From the NCBI GenBank assembly GCA_024346625.1, contig AP024664.1:62001-126000 (forward strand): a stretch of DNA of 64,000 nucleotides. Reading direction: 5' to 3'. Source of the DNA: Williopsis jadinii. Its lineage: Eukaryota. The translations under genes and the position numbers were made by a program. Positions 45,590 to 54,925 of this stretch are shown here, piece by piece. The notes below the pieces were generated by a model, which was not told where the DNA came from, made no database searches, and saw only the letters and a program-made list of their open reading frames with translations. Positions within the stretch are counted from its first letter, which is position 1. Every line of letters begins with the position of its first letter.

Positions 45590-46273
45590 GCAGGCTGATA
45601 TACATATATAGACAGAAAGAGACATTCCACCATTACTTGAAAGCACACCTTATGAGAACCGGATCGAAAGCCAAAAAACAATAACACGTAGTAACCGAGG
45701 CAACAGTGGGAACCCTGCCCCAGTACAATACCTATCTCATAACACCCGGACACCACTTAGGCACCACCCAGACACCACCATAAGGACGGCGTCCCGTTAC
45801 GACAGAATCCCCAACATTCCGTCCCGATAACAAAGCCTTTCCCAACAAATTTACTCTGTCGGGCATTCCTGTAAGCGCAGGCCTCCTTTTATACGTGCGT
45901 GGACCCTACAAAAAAAAGCAAAAACCACTAACAAACATGCGCAGTGCCTACCAACATGCTGTGTATACAACAAAACGTGGAAGGCCGGGAAGATGTGCAC
46001 CCTGTGCACGCTCTGTGTGTGTATCAGATCGTAGTTCCACTACGTAATAAACGAGAGCCAAAGGAGAAAATTTTTATCCCCTTTCCTTGGGAAATAGAGC
46101 CACTTTTTTTTCTCCCTGGGCACTTTGATACCGGGCCATCTCTTTGTCTGATTTCATACACCGTTAATTTGTTTTTCCAATATTAATCCCCTGATCTGAT
46201 TCTTTCATTCTCTCTTTCTCATTCTCTCTCAGTGTGGTGTGTGTGTGTTCTTTTCCTTCATTAGACCTACAAC

Positions 46274-47533
46274 ATGTCCTCTACCGTCACAGGCTCATCG
46301 CTCGGTGGTGGTGATCAAAGCTCCAGTACAACAACAAAGAGATCTGGTAATGTTTCGTCTCTCAAGCAGACGTCGGGACTCATTGCCATCGACACATTTG
46401 GAAACGAGTTTGAGGTTCCAGACTACTCCATCAAGGACATCCTCAGTGCCATTCCTGAGCACTGCTATGAGAGAAGACTGACTGAGAGTTTCTACTATGT
46501 GTTCAGAGACATCTTGTGTATGGTTGTTACTGGCTACCTTGCCAACAACTACATTCCTCTCGTGGGCTCCCAGGCCGTCAGAGGGCTTCTGTGGGCCCTG
46601 TATACCGTTGTACAAGGCCTGTTTGGTACCGGTATCTGGGTGCTTGCACATGAGTGTGGTCACCAGGCATTCAGTGACTACGGCTGGGTCAATGACCTGA
46701 CCGGCTGGGTGTTGCACTCCTACTTGCTCGTTCCTTACTTCTCATGGAAGTATACCCACGGAAAACACCACAAGGCTACAGGCCACTTGACCAGAGACAC
46801 TGTCTTCGTTCCGCCAACAAAGGACCAGTTCAAGAAGAAGAGATTTGTCGAGAGATTGGAGGACCTCTCCGAGGATGCGCCAATCGTGACACTTTACCAG
46901 CTGTGTATCCAACAACTCGGTGGATGGTGGGCTCATTTGACCACCAACGTCACAGGTCAAGTGTATCCAGATGTGCCAAAATGGAAAGTCAACCATTTCC
47001 ACCCAGAGGCTCCAATGTTCGAAAAGAAGGACTATTGGTTCATCGTGCTCAGTGACATCGGTATCCTTGTGCAGCTGCTTGTCTGTTACAAGTGGATCAT
47101 GAACTATGGCACTTTCAACTTCTTGATGAACTACTTCATCCCATACATGTTTGTCAACCACTGGTTGGTGTTCATCACCTACCTCCAACACACAGCACCA
47201 ACCATGCCTCACTACGATGCTACTGAATGGAACTTTGCCCGTGGTGCAGCCGCAACCATTGACAGATCTCTCCCATTTGTGGGTCCACATATCTTCCACG
47301 ACATCATTGAAACCCATGTCTTGCACCATTACGTTTCTAGAATCCCATTCTACAACGCTAGAGAGGCAAGTGCTGCCATTCAAAAGGTCATGGGTAAGCA
47401 CTACCAACAGACTGATGAATTCATGTTCAAATCATTGTGGAAGTCCGCTAGACAGTGCCAGTTTGTTGATGGTGATAACGGTGTTAGAATGTTTAGAAAC
47501 ATCAACAACTTTGGCGTAAAGGCACGTGATTGA
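46274..47533 (+). CDS. FAD2: Delta-12 (omega-6) fatty acid desaturase
   Basis: His boxes HECGH, HGKHH and HVLHH. The HECGHQAFSDY context fits FAD2. Confidence 0.88.
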   Translation: MSSTVTGSSLGGGDQSSSTTTKRSGNVSSLKQTSGLIAIDTFGNEFEVPDYSIKDILSAIPEHCYERRLTESFYYVFRDILCMVVTGYLANNYIPLVGSQAVRGLLWALYTVVQGLFGTGIWVLAHECGHQAFSDYGWVNDLTGWVLHSYLLVPYFSWKYTHGKHHKATGHLTRDTVFVPPTKDQFKKKRFVERLEDLSEDAPIVTLYQLCIQQLGGWWAHLTTNVTGQVYPDVPKWKVNHFHPEAPMFEKKDYWFIVLSDIGILVQLLVCYKWIMNYGTFNFLMNYFIPYMFVNHWLVFITYLQHTAPTMPHYDATEWNFARGAAATIDRSLPFVGPHIFHDIIETHVLHHYVSRIPFYNAREASAAIQKVMGKHYQQTDEFMFKSLWKSARQCQFVDGDNGVRMFRNINNFGVKARD

Positions 47534-47838
47534 ATTGCGCTGGTCTTCCTTTCTTTCTATACACTACTATATAACTTTTATAACGATAAAATCTATATAA
47601 CTGGGTATCCACCTGCTGATTATCACTTCATTCATCTCCCCAATTGTACACATTTATATAGAGCCTTGGGAAGTCACGTGAGGTGTACATCCAAACATAC
47701 ACCCGGACACCAGCCTCCTATTTAACCGCGGTACAACTGGTGCTCAAAATTGCATCAACGAACATCTCAAGATTAATCCCCATTGTTCATCTTCAATTGG
47801 GTAGATTTCGTGGCTCACTGCTCCATTGTTGTTCGAGG

Positions 47839-48504
47839 ATGTACACTTGGGTCAAATACCTTCTATGGGCATTTGCTCTTTCGACGTATAAGTCCTTACC
47901 ATTTGCCTACTACGTCCGTATCTACTGGGTCTTTGGGTCAAACTTGATATTGGCAAAGTACTTCCCGTATTGGAAGTTCACCGCTAAGGACATCTTTAGA
48001 GTGGATAGATTCCAGACTTATAACTCACCGTTGGAATGTGATTTCTACTTGCACAAGAATAACGCTTGCTACTTCGAGGAACTGGACATTGCAAGATCGC
48101 AATTGATGACTAGAAACTTCCAACATTTCTTACATAACTATCCTACAAAGAGTGGTGGTTATGTCTTCGTTCCAGTGGCTAATATCTTTGGGAGCTTCAA
48201 GAAAGAGATCAAGCCGTTTGCCAGATACCATATAGACTCACGTATCCTTGCATGGGATGATAAATGGATCTTTATTCTCTCTAAGTTTGTGCTGAATGGA
48301 TCTGAAGCTGTGGCCTCCACATGTGTTACCAAATACGTGTTGAAGGATGGTAGAAAAACCGTCCAGCCAATAGAAGCAATCAAGTTTCAAGGCTTATATA
48401 ACGACGATGCTGCTAAGCAGAACGAGGAGAACTTGAAACTGTGCTCATGGTTGGTGAATACTGACCAATTGGATAGCTTCGAGATGGGTATTAGCAACTT
48501 GTAA
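47839..48504 (+). CDS. Hot-dog fold thioesterase-like protein (YBR096W-like)
   Basis: YKSLPFAY, SPLECDFYLHKNNACYFEELDIAR, FKKEIKPF and WDDKWIF. Confidence 0.8.
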   Translation: MYTWVKYLLWAFALSTYKSLPFAYYVRIYWVFGSNLILAKYFPYWKFTAKDIFRVDRFQTYNSPLECDFYLHKNNACYFEELDIARSQLMTRNFQHFLHNYPTKSGGYVFVPVANIFGSFKKEIKPFARYHIDSRILAWDDKWIFILSKFVLNGSEAVASTCVTKYVLKDGRKTVQPIEAIKFQGLYNDDAAKQNEENLKLCSWLVNTDQLDSFEMGISNL

Positions 48505-49737
48505 AGCCCAGTTACCCATCAATTGAAGTTTTTGGATAGCGACTAACAGCATGGATAGACTAATTGGCAGTATTTTCGACCCCATTTGTCTTCTGGGAAG
48601 TTCGTTGAGAGGTCTTTGCAATAGTTGAATCAACTCTGAGATTTTTGAATGAACGCTAGTATGATTGTCCTTTGCTCTATGTTTAATTTCTTTTAATACA
48701 TGTAGTGGAACCACTATGGAAGAGAAATCACCATCAGTCATTAGCAATCTCTTTTCTCAAACTGTCAGATCTTGAGACTAAAGACTGGACGGCTCACAGA
48801 CTTCAATAATTGCCTTCATAGCAGTATCAACAGCAGATTCAAAGGCCAAGTGTACCCACCTGTTCTGAGCCTCAGTGAAATTTTGGCATCACTTCGGCTA
48901 AAACCAACTGTACTAGATGCTCACATTTGCATCGAAAGTGAGTGTGAGAGTATTCAAGCTCGAAACATACTTCAGCGAGTCTTGTGAACGGTGTGTGGTT
49001 CATGTACTTTGTATGATTGCTTCATAGGAGCATTCACTTGGTACTATAGAACATGAGTATCGTATCCTTACAAGACAGTAAAAACACTCAAGAAGCTCTA
49101 ATAACACACTAATAACTCAATGAACCTATTGAGACTCATGAGGTGATCCTTGATGTATACCTCTCTATACCTGAACCTCCGTATATGGCCTGCTAATTCT
49201 ACACGATGATTACAACAGCTCACACCATATTGGTTCTTCTTCATTTCGCTTAAACTCGAAAATATGAGTGACTCCACGCACAAATAAACGGCTCTGCAGC
49301 ACAAGTTGAGCTGCCATCGAAACATCAGACATCTCTACAGAGCACGTCCCCCATGTTAGTTTTTACATCAACTGCACGAGCTCATCGGCCCTGCAGCTAA
49401 GGCATAAACTCTACAAACCCAAAATAAATGAGATACCATCGTTCAAACGACTAATCAGACCATTCCATCAGCTCAGTTTGACTTCAGCCCATTCGACTTG
49501 AAGGATGAACCAGTGGTTCGATCGTTTCTTGCACACGTTGTTTGTATACAAACGGAATCATCGCTTGGATGTCCTAATTGGGGAATACGACGGTGCCACA
49601 TCGAGAACGGCATATATGGGCAGATCGCATTGTACTGAGGTTTATAAAGGTGGTGGGTGTGTGCATCATTGTTACATCTCCTGTACTCCTACGACTCTGG
49701 TTCTCAGGCTGTTGTGCTACAAAGCAGGAATAGTAAA

Positions 49738-51282
49738 ATGGAGGTTAAACACGCTGAAGATGCGCAGGCTCAAAAGAAGCAGAAACGTCAATTGACTCGT
49801 AAGCCATTGATCTTCAACATCTTTACACAGAGTTGCTGCAATACACAGCCTGCAGGTCTCTGGAGCTACCCTGGCGATGTATCTAGTCAATACACGACGC
49901 TTGAATACTGGGAGAAGCTGGCCAAAAAGGCAGAAGAGGCAAAGTTCAACGCCATCTTCATCGCTGATGTCTTGGGACCCTACGACATCTACCACGGCCC
50001 GAGAAACTACTCATACGTTGCCAAGGCAGGCACCCAATTCCCAGGTATCGATCCTGCAATTCCAATCAGCGCAATGGCTGCAGTAACCAAAAGTGTTGGC
50101 TTTGGTATCACCTTCAGTACAATTAGCGAACATCCTTACCTATTGGCAAGGAAGCTCGCAACCTTGGATCAGATGACAGGAGGCCGTGTGGGTTGGAACA
50201 TTGTCAGCTCGTACCTCGACAGTGCCTCTCGAAACCTGCTGAATGGAGGACAATTGCCAAATAAGCTTGCAAGATATGAAAAGACAGATGAGTACGTTCA
50301 AGTCGTTGCAGAGCTGATGCTCTCAAGTTTCAGGGAGGATGCCTTGAAGGCAGATCCAAAGACAAAGACATTTATCGACCCCGACCTTGTCCGTCCAATC
50401 AACTTCGAAGGGGAATGGTATAAAGTGCCAGGCCCTGCCTACACTTCTCCTTCACCTCAGGGAATACCCGTGCTTTTTGAAGCAGGAATCTCCAAGGGAG
50501 GTGTTGAATTGGCATCCAAGTGGTCTGAAGTGGCATTCTCCACAGGCTCAACACCAGCTATGTTGCGGTTCAAAACTGATAGAATCAGGGAATGTGCACA
50601 GAGCAGATACGGGAGAGACTGGAATGACGTTAAGATCTTAGCGTTCGTCATGGTGATTGTATCAGATACAGAGGCCAAGGCGTGGGAAAAGTTCAACAGA
50701 TACGCTGATGCTGCTGATCCTGACGCTGCCCTGGCTATGGTTTGTGGATGGACGTCTGCTGACTTCACTGAATATGCTGACGACTTTGATCTGCTACAAT
50801 CGTCAAATGGCATGCACCGTGATATTGTAAAGCACTTCTGCAACTCACTCCTCGATAAAGGGCCAATCACCAAGAAAGACTTGGGCAGACATGTCTCTGT
50901 CAAGGGCAATGCTGATCTTATCATTGGTTCTGTTGACCAGGTTGTACAGAAACTGATCGATTACGTCGAGATTGGTGGTGCTGATGGCTTCAACTTTGCA
51001 TCAGCCATCAACCCAGATTCCTATGATGAGCTCATAGATCTCGTCATTCCAAAGCTAAAGGCAAAGGGACTCTTCTGGGACGATTACCCAGTTCCAGGTG
51101 GTACGCTGAGGGAAAACCTGACAGGTGTGAAGGGTGCGAGCCACCTGGGCAAGCACCATCCTGCCTATGGCTATAGATGGACCAGCGACTTGTCGAGGGA
51201 AGAGTTTGAGCAGCAATTCGATTCCTACAAGAAGGACTTGCGCAAGAAGCAAGGTGATGCCTACGAGCAAGGAGCAAAGTGA
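49738..51282 (+). CDS. Bacterial luciferase-like FMN-dependent monooxygenase, NtaA/SnaA/DszA family
   Basis: AKFNAIFIADVLG, DP..PISAMAAVT, PYLLARKLATLDQMTGGRVGWNIVSSY, SPQGIPVLFEAG, GADGFN and GTLRENL. Confidence 0.92.
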   Translation: MEVKHAEDAQAQKKQKRQLTRKPLIFNIFTQSCCNTQPAGLWSYPGDVSSQYTTLEYWEKLAKKAEEAKFNAIFIADVLGPYDIYHGPRNYSYVAKAGTQFPGIDPAIPISAMAAVTKSVGFGITFSTISEHPYLLARKLATLDQMTGGRVGWNIVSSYLDSASRNLLNGGQLPNKLARYEKTDEYVQVVAELMLSSFREDALKADPKTKTFIDPDLVRPINFEGEWYKVPGPAYTSPSPQGIPVLFEAGISKGGVELASKWSEVAFSTGSTPAMLRFKTDRIRECAQSRYGRDWNDVKILAFVMVIVSDTEAKAWEKFNRYADAADPDAALAMVCGWTSADFTEYADDFDLLQSSNGMHRDIVKHFCNSLLDKGPITKKDLGRHVSVKGNADLIIGSVDQVVQKLIDYVEIGGADGFNFASAINPDSYDELIDLVIPKLKAKGLFWDDYPVPGGTLRENLTGVKGASHLGKHHPAYGYRWTSDLSREEFEQQFDSYKKDLRKKQGDAYEQGAK

Positions 51283-51312
51283 TGTCTGTATACTGAACTG
51301 AAAGGGAATAGC

Positions 51313-52815
51313 TTAGAACTGATTAGATTGGTATGTCTTTCTAGCTCGTATCTGGGCACCGTACTTGTAGAATACAAAAGGAATAGGAATCATACCAAGG
51401 GCAATGAACCCAAGTAAGGAGCCTCCCCAATGGACACCAAGGTTAACAAACAGCTGTCTTGAAAACAGTGGGAAGAACGCAGCGAACACTGATCTTAGAA
51501 AGGTATTGGTGGCTATGGCACTGGCAGCGTACTTGGTGTAGGTATCAACCAAGTAGTTCAAACAGCCTTGGAATATGGTTAAGAAGCCAATAGCAAACAT
51601 GTAGATGCCGATACACTGTACAATCCAGTGTATACTCTTGTCTGAAGTCCATGAGAAGATGAAGATGCCAGCAGGCATAAACCATCCCAATACCATGAGC
51701 AATGGGAATCTCTCCTCTGGTATAACAACACCTCCATTTCTTTCAATGGTTTTGGCAAACCTCTTAGCGTACAGCATGTTGATGATACAGCCTGTGAGGG
51801 TGCCCAGAAACAAAGAGATGTTCGGCAGCGTCGATATTGTGCCTGTCCAGCCACGGCTGATTGTCATCACCTCTGGTAACGTGATGACAAAGATATAGAA
51901 TACGCCAAAGACGTATGAGGCAAACAGCACTATACAGAACACAATTGGGGTGAATAGCATGGCGAACGGGCGAACCAAGTGATTCCTAACAACGTCCTTG
52001 AGCTCCAGCCTCCACATATCATGTTGACAATGGATGTTATAGTTGCCTGTAGCCAATCTCAAGAGCCTTGCACGAGTCTTCAACACAGCAGCTGGGTATG
52101 TCTCCTCGATGAAGTACTCGCAGATGAAGAACAATGTCAGGTTTAACAGCCCACTGAAGTACTCTGGTATCCTCCACGCCTGCTTGTCGCTCTCAGGCCT
52201 ACTAAAGATCAGCAGTGAGGACACCACTGGGCCCACAGCAGGTGCCATGGAGACAAACACTGCGTAGATGGCGAGGTATTTCCCACGCACACTGGGCTTT
52301 GGGAACATGTCTGACAGAACTCCACCAGATGACACCACTGGGGCTCCAGAAAAGAACCCAGATAAGAATCTGTACACCAGAAGTGACGGCACGTTGTAGG
52401 CAGTTGCGCATGCGAATGCGAATATCGAGCTTATGAAGAATGGCACCAGCACACCAATCTTCCTTCCGTAGACCTCACTTATAGGAGCAAACACCATTGG
52501 TCCGAACGCGATGCCCAGGATGTAGAGAGACGAGGATAGCACCGTGACCTCCCTCGTTACACCATAGTTCTCCATGATGAGCTCGCTGAACTTGGCAGAT
52601 GCCAACGTTGTTGAGTTGAACTGCGCACAGAACGTCACCAGCCCATACAGCAGCGTGTGCCGCAACTTCTTCTTGAACGGCCAGTTGCCTGCTCTCAGCG
52701 CAGACTCCTCCTGTAGGTGCAGCAGCCCATCCTCGGAGATGATATAGTCCTTCAGTTTCTCAACCTCCATCTCAGTCGCAGTGTCCTCCTCTGAGGTCTT
52801 TTGCGATTTCTTCAT
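51313..52815 (-). CDS. MFS drug:H+ antiporter (DHA1 family)
   Basis: NWPFKKK, GPMVFAPISEVYGRK, EETYP, PEERF, NYLVDTY and YAASAIATNTFLRS. Confidence 0.93.
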   Translation of the reverse strand: MKKSQKTSEEDTATEMEVEKLKDYIISEDGLLHLQEESALRAGNWPFKKKLRHTLLYGLVTFCAQFNSTTLASAKFSELIMENYGVTREVTVLSSSLYILGIAFGPMVFAPISEVYGRKIGVLVPFFISSIFAFACATAYNVPSLLVYRFLSGFFSGAPVVSSGGVLSDMFPKPSVRGKYLAIYAVFVSMAPAVGPVVSSLLIFSRPESDKQAWRIPEYFSGLLNLTLFFICEYFIEETYPAAVLKTRARLLRLATGNYNIHCQHDMWRLELKDVVRNHLVRPFAMLFTPIVFCIVLFASYVFGVFYIFVITLPEVMTISRGWTGTISTLPNISLFLGTLTGCIINMLYAKRFAKTIERNGGVVIPEERFPLLMVLGWFMPAGIFIFSWTSDKSIHWIVQCIGIYMFAIGFLTIFQGCLNYLVDTYTKYAASAIATNTFLRSVFAAFFPLFSRQLFVNLGVHWGGSLLGFIALGMIPIPFVFYKYGAQIRARKTYQSNQF

Positions 52816-53138
52816 AGTCTGTACACCATAGGACGCTATTCCTCCGGAGCAGTACAGCAGAATATGATCCAAACAACCGTTCCAAGGAGGGAAACTGCAC
52901 GGTTATAAAGCCAGGCGACTGATGACTCTTAGATACCGATCACCGTCTCCGATCACCGTCTCCGATCTTACGCTGTTAACTACAAAAATAGAATAGTAAA
53001 GAAAAAAAAGAATTTTCCATTATGCAGATTAGCCCGATTGGGACATAAGGCCGGCCGTTGCCAAGTTTCCCCCTAACGCCGAAACACCGACGATGACGAT
53101 GACGTCAGCGCGTGCTTAGTAAGCACTATAAGCACTGC

Positions 53139-54803
53139 CTACTGGATTCTAAGGCCATCGTTGGCCTTCTTCTCCTCGTCCAGCAGCTTCTCGCTCTGCT
53201 TCCTCTTGTTCTCCTCCTCGACGAGCCGTTGATTCTTGGCTATCTTGCTCTTGTTCGGTGCCTTGCCGTGGAACTGGTGCGATAGCTGCTTGTAAGCTTC
53301 CTTCTGGCTCAGTTCTCTGCCGTACTCGTCGTGATACTTGACAGAGACCTGAGGCTTGTAGTTCCTGAGCTTGGCCTCGATGGTGTGTTTGTCGTCGTCT
53401 GGGTTCAGCGCGATCTGTTTGCGTAGTTGTTCGTTCTGGCGTTCGCTTTCGATCTCCTGCTTCGTCTTGACCTTAACAACGTTCTTGGACTGGAGGAAGG
53501 AAAGCGTCGATGCCAGCCCTCCAGAGAAGTCGGGGCCTTGCGGCTCTGCCTCTTGTTGTGCTTCTTCAATTACTTCAGAGTCTTCAATTGCATCGGCTGC
53601 TGGGATTTCCTCTATGGTTTCATCACCCTTGGTGGCCTCAGGTGTAGTTTCAGCCAACAGATCAGCTTTTAGAGAGCTTAGGAACTCTGTATTCTCACCA
53701 ATGATGACACCACTGGATTCCTCGTCAACCTCCATCTTGCTGGTCCGTTCCTCTTCAATCTCCCTGGCCAACTCCTCTGGCGTCATGAGCTTCTGCCTCT
53801 TTTTTTGCCTGTGTTGTCTCTTTAAAGAAAGCGTTGATTGTAGGTCCAAGTCGTCCTGGAAGTCCAAATCTTCATTCACAAGCTCAACACTTCTTAGAAT
53901 GTGATCGCCCTCTTCATCAGTATGGTCTCGTTGTCGGCTTCTGCTCTTTGATTTACGCTTGAGGAGCTTTTTCATCTTTATGGGCTTGGCCTCTGCGTAG
54001 TCGTCTTCCACCTCGCCTTGTTCGTCTTCGCTCAAATCGAATGTGATCCTGGTTGAATGCTTCACGTCCTCTGGTGCCTTATTAACACTGCCCAGCTGAA
54101 TAACCTCATTCTCAACAGTGAGCTCATTGGTGCCTTCTTCCTCCTCCTCTTCTTTGGCAAGTTGTAGCCTCGATTTTTCACTTCCATCTTCGTTGAATCT
54201 CCGGCTGTTGAGTGTCTTCTCGAGCTCGTTATTCAATCTGGCTTGCTGAACCAGCGACTCAGACTCCAGCTGGTCGCTCTCATCCAAAATGCTCGATTCC
54301 TTCAGCGTCAGGATCGAATCCTCCCCCAGCTGTTGCAGTTCACCAGCGTTATGGCCAATCTTGAGCCCAGTCATCGCTGGTGTCTCGTCTGGCATGGTCA
54401 CCCTGCTCCTCTTCTTGCTCTTCTTCCTCGCACTCCTGCCCAGGCTCGAAAGCCAATCATCGACGCCTTCCTCGCCCTCCCTGGCATCATCCAGCAACGT
54501 CTTCCCCAGGGTGGACTTCCGCTTCCTGTTCAGCTTGGACCTCATCGACGCCAGCGAGCTCTCCAGCTGCTCATCCTTCCGTCCTCCACGGTCACTCGCT
54601 TCAGCCACCGCAGCTGGCGACCCACCAGCTGCTATAGGCTTCATCCCTAGCGACACCCTCAACTTATTCGTCTCATCAAGCGTGAGCGATTCTGAGCCAA
54701 CGCTGGCCTTCGCCGGCTCATCTCCAGCGCCAGGAATCGGTTTCAGCCCCAAAGAAAGACGGATCCTATTAGTCTCTTCCAACGAAATCGACTCCTCTGA
54801 CAT
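53139..54803 (-). CDS. SNU66: U4/U6.U5 tri-snRNP protein Snu66 (SART-1)
   Basis: Two HIND motifs (SLEETNRIRLSLGLKPI; LDETNKLRVSLGMKPI) and YHDEYGRELSQKEAYKQLSHQFHGK. Confidence 0.95.
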   Translation of the reverse strand: MSEESISLEETNRIRLSLGLKPIPGAGDEPAKASVGSESLTLDETNKLRVSLGMKPIAAGGSPAAVAEASDRGGRKDEQLESSLASMRSKLNRKRKSTLGKTLLDDAREGEEGVDDWLSSLGRSARKKSKKRSRVTMPDETPAMTGLKIGHNAGELQQLGEDSILTLKESSILDESDQLESESLVQQARLNNELEKTLNSRRFNEDGSEKSRLQLAKEEEEEEGTNELTVENEVIQLGSVNKAPEDVKHSTRITFDLSEDEQGEVEDDYAEAKPIKMKKLLKRKSKSRSRQRDHTDEEGDHILRSVELVNEDLDFQDDLDLQSTLSLKRQHRQKKRQKLMTPEELAREIEEERTSKMEVDEESSGVIIGENTEFLSSLKADLLAETTPEATKGDETIEEIPAADAIEDSEVIEEAQQEAEPQGPDFSGGLASTLSFLQSKNVVKVKTKQEIESERQNEQLRKQIALNPDDDKHTIEAKLRNYKPQVSVKYHDEYGRELSQKEAYKQLSHQFHGKAPNKSKIAKNQRLVEEENKRKQSEKLLDEEKKANDGLRIQ

Positions 54804-54925
54804 CTCACACTGTTTCCGCAGTCCTCGTGGTGTAAACTCGCTGTGAATAACTCCCCGTAAACAACTGGCCAGTGCCCTGTCCGCTGCCTACGCAGAGGCG
54901 AAAAAAACTCCCCGAGAGCCCGGCG

